From assembly GCF_964355755.1 (NCBI RefSeq), contig NC_092676.1, positions 21,408,871 through 21,472,870 of the forward strand: a stretch of 64,000 nt of DNA. Direction: 5' to 3'. This stretch comes from Antedon mediterranea (taxonomy: Eukaryota; Animalia; Echinodermata). The first letter of the stretch is position 1. Each line of letters begins with the position of its first letter. A program made the translations under genes and the position numbers. The notes under the pieces were generated by a model. That model saw only the letters and a list, made by a program, of their open reading frames with translations, was not told where the DNA came from and made no database searches. Below are positions 1 to 15,000 of this stretch, piece by piece.

Positions 1-3000
1 ATTATACCCTTGATTTGAATATTTTTCTGTTTTACAAGAATTATCCCAAAGAAAATAAAAATTCTTATGATCTGGACTGCCATAGATAAACAAAGTTGAA
101 GTTCAGCAATTTAACAAAGAACTACATCTTACCTGAGCTAAGATTCCATCATTTATGCCAGGATTATTATTAAATTTATCAGTAAGATATTCTGCTAGGC
201 ATGTATGTTTCTGAACATTGAAATATGTATGCTGCAATGTTGTTCTCTCTTCTTCAGTAATATTTGTTTCTGCTAATCTGGTAACAGATTCTGGGGTAGC
301 ACGCATCAACAGTTGGTTTTTAACATCTTCAAAGATCTTTAGAAACAGAAAACTCAAATTTGAAATCATTTTGACTTTACTGTAAATTGTACATTACTGT
401 TATAGTTTGACTTTCATTGTTTAATAATAACTTTTTCTTTATAAAGTGCAATGCAAAAAGATTGAGAAGCTGTTTGAAGATAGAAGGTAAATATCATAAT
501 TGTTTGTGTTCTTGCATTCTATTTGTGTAATAAACATAAATAAATATATTATTTCCTTCACCAATTACAAGATGGATTAGCTATATCATGCTCATAAACT
601 AAGTCTCATTTTAGGCTAAGGAAGTGGAATAGAAAGAGTCCTGGCACTATAGGCCATGATCTTGGGATTGGAAGAAAAACATGTTAATCAACAAGCTACA
701 ACTCCATCACATTGGTAATAACACCAACAAGAGTAAGTAATAATGAAAGAAACAATATAAAAATCATGACTACTGGGAGGATAACGTAATTTTAAATACC
801 TCTTCAGTGGTTTTAAATGATGCCCATGTTTGATAAACAAGTGTAGCAACTGTATCACCATGATAACCAACAAATGCATCACTTTTCTTAAAAGTATCTT
901 TTGATGACCTAAATGAAGTGAACAAACATTAAATTGATTTGATTTTACTGTATATCTTTTCAGGCCTTGTACTTGAGGTGTGGGATTGCAATCACTTACT
1001 TAACACAGTCCCTCTGAGGTGTGCAATTTACAGCACACTAAACATTTACTTCTACACATTAAGATACAAACACATCTAACATTTTAAAAAAAACAACATA
1101 TGCCTTTTTAGTATTTAGTGTTATCTAAAAATATGTAATGACTGTCACAACATTTATAGATTAACTCTAAAAAAGAGAAACAAGCTTTTATGTTATGATA
1201 ATAGTTATAATAATATTTTCAACTCAAGACAGCCAAACAATGTTTATTGTGCTATCTTTCTGCTGTCTTTATAAAATGTCTGCCTTTTCCATGAAATGTT
1301 ACTGTATAACATAGCCCGACATTTTTTACATCTTCAAAGAATTCAGAAACATTGTTAACCAATTGGTTACATGCTCTTTTTTCTATAAAAGTTAAATTGC
1401 GGTCTATTAGAGTTCCATCAGCTTTTTAAACTTTCAAACGCAAACAAATACAGCAGTTAAACATCTGATATAACCCGAATGAGAAGCGCTTGATTTAAAC
1501 TTTACATACTGAAACATATCTGAATATTGGAGTTAACGACACAGATATAAGAGAGTTTACCTGATCAGATAAACAATAAAGTTGGTAGTAAGTAAGACAT
1601 GATTGGGATCAGACTAAGTGTGCAAACTGAATTATGTGTAACTCTAGAGTGTGTAAATACAGCTTTACATTATTAAAGGTTTGGTAACCACTATGGCTTA
1701 CTTTATACGATAAAATTGTTTGCTAGTAATAAAACAGTCAATCCAATCTTCAAGTCTTTTCACAAGTTGCAGCTGCTCTTCACTCAACATTGTTGACATC
1801 GCCAAAAAGTGCTTCTCAAGACGATTGATGAGAGGGATTGGAAATTGCGTACGTACAACCTCTTTGTCAGCTACCACTATCAACCTGTAAAAAGTTTTAA
1901 GAACATGTTTAGTACGAAGAAATTACATTATAAATCATACCAAAATCCCATGGTCATATGTTCATAGAGCTTGAGAAATGATAAAGCACCACATGCACGC
2001 ACCTCTTTCCTCCATCCCCACCTAACACACATACATGTCAAATTACTACTTTACTGTAAAGTGAGCAATGAAAATCCAGTAGAGATGTTTACTTTTAAAT
2101 TTACATAATTCAATATTTAATTTTTACCTGAATGAATTGTGAACACGACATTTAACACGGTGCGTACCGAGTCCAAGATCTACATATCGCTGTCCGCCAA
2201 AGTAAACGTAGTATTGATTGAGGGCATCATACAAACTCTCATACAGGTTATCAAGATTCAAAAGGACAACTGTCTTTCCTGCTTCCATATAAAGTTTAAT
2301 ACGGTTGATGTTTCTACACACCTATTAGAATTATTACATATTTTAATCTATGCAATATATTTACTGTTAAAAATGTTCTGTGTCACTATTTTAAATAATT
2401 ATACAACAAAAAAAACAATGGTCAAGTACAGTAATGAATTTGACAAGACTCGGTAAAGAGGATTAATGATAGTACTGAACAGAATTCTTCCATGAGAAAA
2501 TTCCATGCTGTAGTGTAGAGATTTATAATCTGCTACATCTACTGTACTTGTGTCAAGGAGATTTGTAAGTACAAAGAACTTGAGTTTTAGCAGCATTTTG
2601 TCCCAACATTGTGCTTAATCCATCAATGGCATTTAACCTACAGTTACACATCAATTCATAAACCCTCGGGCAGCAAAAGAAAATTAAAAAATACCTGTGT
2701 GTATTCTTGATCAAACGGAAAACTGCTTCCATAGAGAATTACTGCATCTTTATTCAGGTGTTGTAATATTGGAAGAGCTGCAAACTTCTCAGTTAAAACC
2801 AGAAGGTATCTGCTGTCTCTATAATAAATAATGTTCACAATTTACAAAACCTAGTTACTTTTTTATTCTCAGGTTCTTTTTTTTTTTACACTAATATTTA
2901 TTTCTGTTCTGTGTATTAATATTTGATTTATTGTTTTAGGTGTTCTTGTATATGACAATTGTAATGTACTGTGAAGTCAATAAATGAAAGAACAACTTAC

Positions 3001-6000
3001 CCTTCAGACGTGCCATGTCCCACCTTTTTTATTCCTCCAGCCTGTGTCTGGCCTTGAGCTGCTAAGCTTGCCTTAATAAGGCCAGATGGTGTACAAGCTG
3101 GATCAGTATCGTGCTAGAAAAAAAAAATATATACAGATTATGTTTATCATATCTAACATGTTTATAAATTGTAAAATTATGTAGTTGTACAGTAGTCCTG
3201 ACCTTTAGAGTAAATTGTTGTATGATTAAATATTGTTACGAGTTTTAGGTAGCGACACTGTTTTTACCATGGCCGAGCCAGAAGTTTAATTATAAATATA
3301 TATATATATATATTTTTAAATATTCATGAGTCAAAATTGGTCAAAAAATGTTACACTGACAGAGAAACATAAGCTACTTGTACACTATTATGAAAAACAG
3401 ATTTTGGGCTAAAATAATGTATAATCATCACAAACCTTCTCCTTTTTTATGTATCCGTCAAGTTTCTTCACAAATATCTTTATATAATCTTCTGTTCCAT
3501 CCATTCCACCAAAGTTACGCCTGATTGCGTGCTCAATTTGAGCCCAAGTTGGTTGTGCTCCTGAATTCTCAGAAAATTGATTCACCATCTTGATTAAACT
3601 GTAACAATAGAAATATTAATAATCAATAAACAAATATTTTACTGTGATAAGTACAGAGACAAAACAATGGATGAATACATTATTTTAGGGTTTTTCAATG
3701 CCAAAATTTAAAAGCAACTGTTTATATATATATATTTATATATACAGTATATGTGTACACTGATCTGATTCCTGTTCAAATACAAAATGTTTCTCTTCGG
3801 AGAAATCGATTTGTGAAATAAGATGATTATACTATTTTAAATACCACGAAAGCCCCAGGTCATATGGCAGGATGTCTGCATAAAAAGTAGAAGATTCCAT
3901 GTTTGAATTTTGGTTGGGCAAACTACAAATGTGTGCATAAATTCCTATACATGTATGCTATATTATGTAATCATAATAATAAAAGTTCAGTTTCTAATGT
4001 AATATAATAAATTACCATTCCCTAACATATAGAGTAACATAGTATCTACATGAAAATTCTAGAATAAGAGTATGTTTAGATTTAAGAAACCATGTATAAT
4101 TAATATAAAAGAACAATCAGGAACATTCCAGAAGTATGCTATTAATTAGAAACTGTAATCCAATAGAATAAGAAGTATAAAGAATGATCTAGAAGGATAG
4201 GAACATCTTGTATATAAAGGGATGTAAAAGTTATTGTGAAGCTGTTGTTTAAAGTGTTTACTGGATTGTTGAAAGTTGAAGTTGATTGAAATTAAGCCTT
4301 GTTTTTTAGTTATTTTACAACTTTGTGGACTTTGTGTGTATACTTTTATGTCACAAGGGAGTTCCTAAAGTATTCTCAACCGCTCGGAAACGTACGTAAA
4401 AGGAGTTTGTGACAATGTATGCTATATATGTAATCATAATAATACAAGTTAAGTTTCTAATGTAAACATAGATCAAAATGTATAAATAATGTTTTTATCA
4501 ACCAATGCATCATATTCAATGATATTTGTTGAAGTAGCTTACATCGATTTAAGGTCTATATAAGCAGATTACTTTACCTATAGAAATCTCTAAGTCCAAA
4601 GAAATCATGTTCTTGTTGTTGGTAGATCTCTAAATATCCTTCAGCAAGTGGCCTTAGGATGTGACTGACATTATATGATGCACATATGCCCCTATGAAAT
4701 AATTAAATTAAATTAATTACAAAATGGTTGAAAAGGGGCATTGCAGAAAAAAGTCCCATTGACCAAGAATGCAAGCAGAATAAGTTCGAGGATTGAGTGT
4801 CCACCCAGGAAATAAAATGCAACTTCCTTGTCTAATCATGTGCTACAAATACAAGATTCCATCCACAAACTCTTGATATTCACATCATGGAAGTTAGTTA
4901 AGAAACACAACACTTACTTAGCACTTGCTATGAGTTCATCTTCATCTGGAACTCCTCTAGAAACCAATATGCCTCTATTCATCTTAGCAGGATCAAGTGC
5001 CCAATTAGAGATTCCTATAAATGCAACTTTTTTATCGGGTAGTGGATTGTCTTCTTCTTCAGAACCATACTCTAGTAATGGATGCAGTGTCTAAAGAAGA
5101 GCAATTAAAAAAAAAGAAAGTATATGGATTCTTGTAAACGACTTCTGTAACCTTTCATTGACACAATATTTTGATGTAAATGTTAAATGAGGTCGGACAA
5201 CTTGAAACAGGCGTGACTGACATGGATTTGAGGAAATACCCCTACTACTGCCCACAAATCATTTACGTATTCAGTCAGTATTTAAAGGCTTCTTTATCAA
5301 TCTTTTGTACTAGTTTAATCCATATGTTAAATAAGCATCCTAAGCTTTTAATAACTACCACAGGTTACATGAAATGACACAAATAAAAAATTATACTATA
5401 AAAAAGACTGTAAACAATATATACCTTCAATGGCATCCTTGGAGAGTCTTCAGCAAGTCCAACTTCATCAAGAACAACAACAGAGACAAATTTGTTCAGG
5501 TCTTTTTTTCTTTGAAGTAGGCTACATTGACTAAAAGTTCCCACAATTCCATCTGGTGTCGACAATGGACTGCACTGATATGATATCATGTGTACCTGAT
5601 ATAAATTCAAAGTTGTAAAGGGTTGACGTGAGAAAACAAAAAATGATTGTTTTGTTATGTTAGAGCATATTGCTTGCTTCTGGCAAGATTGTGTTTGATA
5701 TGCCCATATTACTATTAATACAATTTTAACCCTTAAACCACCAAATTTTTAAAGGGAATATTTGGTTCATGTTGTAATGGTTTCATTGATTGGGAATTTG
5801 TAGTAGAGATTAATACATGTGTACGTATAGACACAAATCATACCTGTTTGAGTTCCTTAAAAAACTTAGATGATGATGAATCACCCTGCATGGCTTCAGC
5901 CACAATTGTCTTGGCCAAAGATTTGGAACTTCCAGGTTTACCGACCAAAAATAAAGGAATTCTCAACTCGATGCAGATAATCATCATGAAGATGTTTTCC

Positions 6001-9000
6001 TTCAGTGCCTTATTGCGAGCAATATTTGGACCCAAGCGTATTTCATCTAAAAATATGTCTTGACAGCTGTCAAAGAAAAAAAAACGCAATTTGGATAGGT
6101 GCTTTTTATGCTTGAGACAATATTATACTGTAGTATGTTTATTCAAATAAAATTACATTATTTCAGTAAGTTGCCCCACTTCCTATTACAGTAGAAGATT
6201 TTAATCTAACTGTATATTTCTAATTAAAAAGTAGTAATGAGGCAGGTTGGGCGTTCCATAAAAAAAAACAAAAGTGGTAGAAGCATGTGTGCTGTAAAGG
6301 TAGCAGGGAGTTTTTGTCGGGAAAAACTTAAAATTAAAAGCATTATTTACACTTTGAGAGGCAAATCTTAATATTTATTATTTATTTATCTCTGACAGTT
6401 GCACCATATACCTCCCTGGTTGCACTATTTCATAACCAACAAATCCAAATTTCTTAAGTGTGGTTTAGATTTGGTAAATAAAGTTTTATCCTCTGGTGAG
6501 TATTACAATACATTTTTAACTAGATGAAAAACCATTTTGTATAGCGTCTGTATCAAATCCAGATTTGTATTCAAAATCAATGTTTACCTGTCTATTTCTT
6601 TGTATATTGTTTCATGACCTCCATGTAAATTTAGTGGATACTTAAAGCTTCTGGATATAGTTTTCCTGAAGTCTTCTCGCTTTTTATCCAAGCATGCATG
6701 ATAGCACACACCAAGAGCAAGGATCAATGCCCATGTGAAGTCATTGATAAACTTTAAGAAACAAAACCAAAATTAAACATTCTACATACTTTGCAGAAGT
6801 CAACGACAAAACTCCACTTAAAGATGTATTGTCAAAAAACAATAACAAAATCTTTGAATACTGTGGTCATTACACAGTTTTGGTAAAGTTAATCACTTTC
6901 ATAGAAAGTTACATGGCTGACTACATATATTCCTGATAAAAAAACAAGTTGCTACTTCATAGTACTGTAGTAACAGTTTTCATTGATGCAGTAATTGGCC
7001 TCGAATCTAACCTAAGCCATCCACGCCATCTTGGTAGGCTAGAGGTATATAAATACCAGGCTAATGATCTGGAGGTCATTAGTTAGACTACTACCTGAAG
7101 AAAAACTTTGAAGTATTGTGAAATATATTGAGTAGGCCTATAAATACACAAGGGATTTCTTTTGTTAAAAAAAAGAAAGAAATTCTACTTATAAAACAAA
7201 CCTTTATCTCCTGTATTTCAAAATCATCATCGTCATCCTCATCCTCATACAGGTAATCCTCTTTTGGCTCTTCCATAACTTCTTCCTTTTTTATTTCATC
7301 TGCCATCTTTTGTTTAATCAATGGTCGTAGCAAATCTTTCTTACTATAGAACCATTCCATTACATTCAGTGTTCTCTCAACGTCCCTTAAGCTTACAAAA
7401 CTGCACTCATTCTGAATAAGATAAAAATGCAATCACAATTGATCTTAATGTCTTTTATATAAAATTTGCATATTCAATTTAACGGAAAGTGGAAAACCTC
7501 TTTCCATAAACTGAAGGAACCCTGAAAGAATAAAAAACTAAACTGGCTAAACTGTAAAGATGAGGATCTGCAAGAGTTGAAAAGGCTGCAATCACTACCC
7601 CCACCAAACAATCCCAACCCCTTAAACCACCACTATCTTTCTATAGACTAAATGGAACTCTTCTGCAGTCTAACCCCTATACGCTACGATGAGCAACTTT
7701 AGTCTAACTTTAATAATAAGGAGAACTGCACCACCTTTTTCAGGTTTATTCATAATACACACCTCCTGTTTCCTCATAAACGTCTGTGCAGCTGATAATA
7801 TGTCACATAGAACATCTACATGATGGTGTCTAGTTGATTCAATCTGAATAATAAACAATTTATTTTAATTTTTTAAGTAACTAGCAAGTTAGGTTGACTC
7901 AGTGGCTCAGCGGTTAAGACAGTGGAACCATAATTCATAGTCACAATATTGGCAATCGTTCAATCGCTCCATGGTTCTGATGGAAGAACAACAGGTCTTG
8001 TCTCTTAAATATGGACTATAAACCCTATGTTTCATTTCATTTTGATTTTATTTCACTTTACTAATAACTTAAATAAAGTGGAAGAGCCTAACTGAAAGCA
8101 TATCTTGCAGTGAAAAGACTCCTCAAAACAAAAATATTAAATATAAATTAATATTACAAAATTATGAACTTCAAAAATAACAGACTTCATATAATAATGA
8201 AGATGTTTTTGTTTTCTCCAACACATATATTTTTAACAAGTTTTAAAAAAATAAGACAAGTAATATAGATCATATCCAAATATGTAAATAATAAAAGTAA
8301 ATGATAAGCCCACTAGGCCTACTGTAAGTTTTGGATAAAGTATGGAAGCGATTGGCTTATAGATGATATATATGACAATATGACATTTATTTTTGGTAGA
8401 AATGCAATGAGAATGGGTACACAGCAATTTGAAAACTGAAAATGCATAGCTTTTAATGTATGTGGGCAACAAACTTAAGTAGGACTTGAGTTGAGATTTG
8501 CCAAACTGTAAATCATTGTCAATAGAAACCATGTCAAAATCAATTAAGAACGTTGAACAGAAAGATGTGAATACTACTTACAAAGCGTTGAACAATTTGC
8601 CTAATGTACATCTTTTCCACATCACTGTTTAGCTGTCCAAAGTCCCACACTAATGGTAGCATGCTGGGTGGAAGAGCTTGGACCCGGTAAACCAGTTGAC
8701 GTAAAGGAATATGACCTGAAATCATACATAAAAGAACCACAATGTCAATGGTGTTCGTTGCTGTACAAGTTCCTGTTAAAAAATTCACTCCCTTCTAGGA
8801 CAATAACAATCGACAATAAATAGAAATATACATTTTTCCCACTTAAGACAAAAGATATCTAAAGGATCACCATCTATGCTGCCTTTGACGTCATCATCAG
8901 TAAGAGCTATAATATCATGACGATTTAATTGTTCTAATTGATTATGACGTCATTTAATTGGATTTTTTAAAATATTATTTTATTAAAGACAGCATACATG

Positions 9001-12000
9001 GATATCCATAGTTCTAGAATGAAAACTTTTCTACTTTCTTTTGCTTTATGAAAAATGTATGTCTTTAGCTATTTATCTCTCTCGTTATCATCCTAGCATG
9101 TAGCAGCCTTTAGGCTCAAATTCAAAGTATCGTTGTATTTCAGCTGATTTGTTTAAATAAATAATAAAAAAAAAAAATTAAAAAAAATTTAGTAAAATAC
9201 CTAGCCGATCCATTGTTTTACTAGCTTTAACATTGTATCCAAGACCTGCTGCTTCTAGTCTTTTTATCATTTCATCTGTGTGCCTACATTGTACAGTACA
9301 AACAAACATTTGTAAAAGGATTACATTTAGATTTCTGCAATATGAATATAATATTACAGTTTTCATCAAAAATACTTTTTTGTCATAACAATAATAGGAT
9401 TCAGAGCCATGAGCACTTAAAAGAAAAAGTAATAGATTAATATCTTTGTAATTAAGTTGTTTTTATGCATTGTAGTCATTTAAATACCTTTTATAAGGGT
9501 TGCAGGCAGCAACAATCTTCAGTCCACTGCTTTCAAAGTTAATTTGCTGACCATTCATTCGACCATCACACATGATCTCTTTTATGATTCCAATCGCTTC
9601 TGTCGTATTTGCTTCATCAAAGAACAGAATCGTATCAATTTTGTAGTGTAACTTGTTGTATTTTGCAAGTTCTTCAGCTCTGCATACACGCTCTGTAATG
9701 TACTTAGAAGAAGTGCCTCCATGTACCTTAATAAAGAAACATATTATGGGTTCTTTTCCAAAGCTTAACATTATGAGTAAAATGTTTGCGGACATGTACA
9801 GTATACAGAAGCCATTCTGCACAAGGATAAAATGGAAAAAAAAAACTGAGGAACACATAATTTTACAACATGGAAACATTAGAAAAAAGGAGTTAGTTTG
9901 TAGCATGGAGGAAATTCCTCCATGTTTGTAGTAATTACAATGTAGTATGGCAGTTAAAGCTTGTTTACCAGTTCCAAAATCCAAGTTTTATATGAACTTT
10001 CTTCATACAATGTCACTACCAATACCTCATAACGCAATTAAATTTCCTGGAAAAGAAAAGCATTCAATGTTACCTTTACAAGAATCATGTTTTCAACCTC
10101 TTTTTCGACTGCAATGCCACCTGCTTGTAATTGACACATAAAACGAACCAGTCTTGTCTTGCCACAACCTGTTTCTCCCATCATGATGACAGGGATACCA
10201 CACCTATATGTTTATGAAAAAAGGTAGTAGTTGATGGCATAACCAGTTTACTAAAATTAAACTAATTCTAAAAGCCTTACAATTGTGCTTAAGGGTCCGA
10301 AATTTTGGCCATGACTATTACAGAATGCTACAGGTATGTGCAATAAAGTAGAATAAATTAATTAAATATTGACATCCTAGTTGTTTGGTATTTACAATGA
10401 AAGGAATGTAAGAACTTAAATTGTTAAATGGCATGCATTATTCCTACCTGGAAATCTTGGAAAACCAAACAATAAAATAATTTTCCACATTTTTACCTGA
10501 ATCTCATGTGTATTGCTAAGATTTTCTTTACATTATCTGTGGTCAGTTCATACGTGTTGTCCGGGTTACTAACATAATTGATTCCCATTACCATACACAA
10601 TTTTTTCAACTTCTCATCCCTTTTGTTAAAAAAAAACGTTTATTTATTAGGATCTACAGTATCCTATATTTAGACTATTAATCCACATTATAACACACCT
10701 GAGTAGGTTCTTGTCATTTCACTGGAGGATTGTGGGTCACATGATATTCAATAAATGTTCTACTGTATTGAATTGTGTTATAATAATTCGAGTACTGCGA
10801 ATGTTTTGCAAGTTCCTTTTTTGTTACACAGAGAGCAGCAACACACACAACATGATGCTTCGTACAATTAGTAATTGTTGTACTCCGCGTACAAAATTAG
10901 AGTGCTGCTTTTTCGAATGGTTTAATCCTTGGCCTAGCCTCTTGTTAAAAGTAGGTGTGTTATACAACTATAATAAATGTTTTATAATTGTACATTTTCT
11001 TCATTTAATTTGGTAAAAAACGAAAATTTGTTCTATTTTCATCTTTCACATTGTCATGAAATTGTTTGTACCATTGCACTTTATTTATTTATTTATTTAT
11101 TTATTATTTGTATACTGCATTACAGGCATTCACAAAAGAAAATAAGCTCAGTCCAGATGAGCTGCAGCTTATTGGTTAACGTGTTAGCCTTCCAATCCCA
11201 AGGTACTAGGTTCAATCCTGGATTCTGTTTCTAATTTATTCCGTAAGTTATGAAAAATTTATATATATATCAAAGTCTAACTGTGAAAATTCACCTTGGT
11301 AATGAGTTGAAATCTTCTGAAAGGTTAACTTGTTGATTACTAAGTCCTCTCATTAAACTCTTTGTCATCACATTGCGTTGAAGTACCTCTTCATTTATAT
11401 CCAAAAGTGTTCCGTTGCGATCAATGCTGAACCCCATAAATGTCATGGTCTGATTGTCTTGATTAAAGAAGATGTATGGATGTGGGCTACGAAAAAAAAA
11501 GATGTATTATCCAGTGTCTATCCTTAGAAATTATACCTCTTTTTACATTTTCTTTTCCTTCATTTCTTTTCTGGATTAACTTAATAGTAAAATAACAGGA
11601 AAAGAAAAAGAAAGTTAGGTGTTAGTTGGCCACTGTACTGATCTTACCTATTTTCCCATCGTCTGCGAAGCTGTAATGCTTGTAGATTGTCATCCATTTC
11701 CTGGCCGAGATCTACACGGTAACTCTCATCACTCATTTGAAGAGATGGAGTAGCAAAATCCTGATAATACAAAAACAAAAAACAATATTTACTCTCAAGT
11801 TAAAATCACTATAGAAATCAGTAATAATATGCAGAGAAAGAAAAATGTGGAATAATATATTAATGAATTATTCCATTAGGCCAAAGATCAGGCAGAAACA
11901 AGCCACCTAAAACAAATTGTGGCAAGGTCGATGTTAAAATAAAAAATAAACAACCTTTGACATCTGTAACATGAACTTGACAACAAATGTTCTAAAACCA

Positions 12001-15000
12001 TTCAGTCCTGTGTCAGCCAGCATGACAGGGTCACAAAAACTAGAGCTTTCGCAAGCTTCTAATTGTTTTTCAAGAAAACGAGCAAAGTGACATAACTCGG
12101 ACCATGATGGATTACAAAGACCACAATGTCTAGAATGTAAAATCAGCATGAGCTTTACTTGATAAACAGTTAATATACAAGTTTATTTTCGTATTAATGA
12201 TACTGTAATACTATTAAAATGTACGGTTAGCATAGCAAAACGTCGAGACATTTTCAACTATACTTTATTTCCTTGATGTACCGCAAACCTAACTTTACAT
12301 TGTTATTTTGGTTTAACAGAAAACTAAAAAAAGACTTATTACTATCCTTACTAAAATAGGTTATAGTAGATTGTTTACCTTAGTAGTGTTGTCAGGCACT
12401 CAGCATGAGTTCCATCAACCCTTATATTAAACCTAAAGTTATCTAGATTCGCATTCTGCTCCAGTCCTATTAGATAACGATACGGGAGTTGGAAACTTGA
12501 ACTTCGGAATTGCTGATCGTCCATCAAAGGATCATTAAAATCTTCAACAAAGAAAAATCATATTATGATGATTTATATGTTCTTCATTATAAATTAAAAA
12601 GTGGTTAAAAAAGCAATAGCTCTTTGGTAATTGTGTAATAACAGATAATAATATCAATAGATGTACTAATTACAAATAAGATAAATTGATGCCCATGTTT
12701 TGGTTGTCAGGGATACTGTAGATTTGATGAACAGATTATGATTTCTTCTGAAAGTCCTTGTTAAGGTTGTCATTCAGTTTTCTGCATAATAAATGTGTAT
12801 TATACCTGTTAATTGTTCATTAGCTTTTTGCAATTCCAACCCGAGTACCTCTCTTGGTGGTCGACACAAAACAGTTGGGAGAATCTCATAGAAACATTCT
12901 TTGACGAATTTCTGATCATTCTAAGTGAAATAAAATTCATTATAAATAAAAGACTCAAATAATAAAGGCCCGTATTCATGGTTTTAAAGTTTTCACACTT
13001 GTAACCTACAGTACCGTACCTCAGGCCGCAATTTTTTTTCTAGCTATTCTTAGATAGTCCAGAACTAACTTCCTAAGATACCTAACCCTTGGGTGGTCTA
13101 TCTTTTGGCGATTTTACAGGTTTAGTTCAGGACTTAAGATAATCCCCTTTTGTGAATACCGTTTAGGATAGTCCAGGACTAAATCCCAGAGATACTGTAG
13201 TTCAGGACTAAAGATATTCCCCTATCATGAATAATGGGCTCAAAAGTCTAAAATTATTGCATTAGGGTTACAAGTCTCAAGCCTTTCACATTTCTCTTAG
13301 CAGAAAAAATACCCTACAGTAGTGCAGATATCTCCAGATTTAGACAATAATAAATACTGATTATTTTAAGTTTTAAAAAAAAGAGAAGAAGACAAGTGAC
13401 AACAGACCTTCTTATCTTCCTCAGATTCTGCTTCCTTGGGGTCAAGAGTGACCTCTACTAGATAAAGGTCGTATAATTGTCTTCGCCAGACAAAGCCATC
13501 GGAGCAGCATATTGTGTTTAGTACAAGAAGATTAAACAAGAAATTGTTCAAACTAGCTACACACACCTACAACAAGATAACAAGTAATTATAACAGAATT
13601 CTTTAAAAATCGCAATTTAAATCTATTATAATTTATTATACAGTAGTTCTTTTAAGAGTATTGTACTACATAATTATTGTAATACTGTATATATTTTCTA
13701 ATTTTTACGATGTAAGAGATTGTTTGAAGTTGGTCAATTTCTTGTAGATGTTTTTATTTTTCTGTTTTGTGTTGACCAACTACAAAACACAGAATTACAG
13801 AGAGTAGATGGTATTAAATAAATGATGTACTGTAGTATCTCACATTTGGTGAAATATCAAGATGGAAAATCCGAGGAAAGATTAAATCAACTTGTTGAAT
13901 CTCTCCGATTAATTTCTTTGCAATCTCATGCTCTTGAACAGTAAGTGTCTGTAAAGGGACCGTGATGCAGCAATTTTCTTTCTGGCCTGCATAATCAATT
14001 TGCTCTTTGTACCGTTGAACTAGAAGTGATTTTCCAACACCAGGTCTGTTAGAAGATATAGTCTGTACACACGTTCTATAAGAGTGGCAGAATAAAATGT
14101 TTTAAAACGTACAATAATGGTTTATTCACTATTCATTGTACAATGACTGTTATGCAATTATCTATATATAAATTTACGTAAGGGCAAAATTCGGGAAATC
14201 GCGCCTTACTTTTAGAATTTTTACTCGATGGTATGTAAAGTTGGTTCGTACTTTCGGTACTGATTTTAACCACCTGATGTAACCCTGTTTACTAATTAAA
14301 TTAAGTTAGATAATTAGTTATTGACGATTAAAACGAATTTAGGTTCAACGATTTGCCCCAGATAGGGGTGTTTTCCGATCGTGGTATACACTGTCTAATG
14401 GATGTCCATCTTGAAAAATACCCGCCACAAAAATGCGAGGAGGCTTCGCATTTTCCTATCTCCTCCTACGATAATTGTTTTTAATAGCTGAAAACCGGTT
14501 GAACAGCTCGAGTACAGTATCATAATGTTGAAGACAGGCCGATTTTCTTAAAAAAATACTTTTTTGATAGATTTAATATACGTTTATACAAATGTATTGA
14601 TTTGCGATGAATGGAACATTCCAATCTCTTTCCACAAGTGTCTATTCCCTCAGGCGTCGTAAAGGAATGTACTGTATACTCATAACAGAAATTCGATCCA
14701 TTTTTTTTTTCAATCTGTGCTGCAGAGGTTGGATATAATTTTTTTTAAACGGATAATGAGCTAGCGTTTTCAGTCGCCGTATATTATGTACAAATCTTTA
14801 TTATTGCATTTAAACCACCCACATCATCACCCTTCCCTCACTGGCATGAGTAGCGTTGTAAAGCCAGTAGAGGATAGGCCTACGGTGCATCAAATCCCCT
14901 AAACGCAGAACAACTTTGGTGGGTAGGGTAGGAACCAACTTAAGTATGATGGCTCTAAGAAACAATTGAAAACCATTAGGCCTACTAATAAAGTTGAGTT

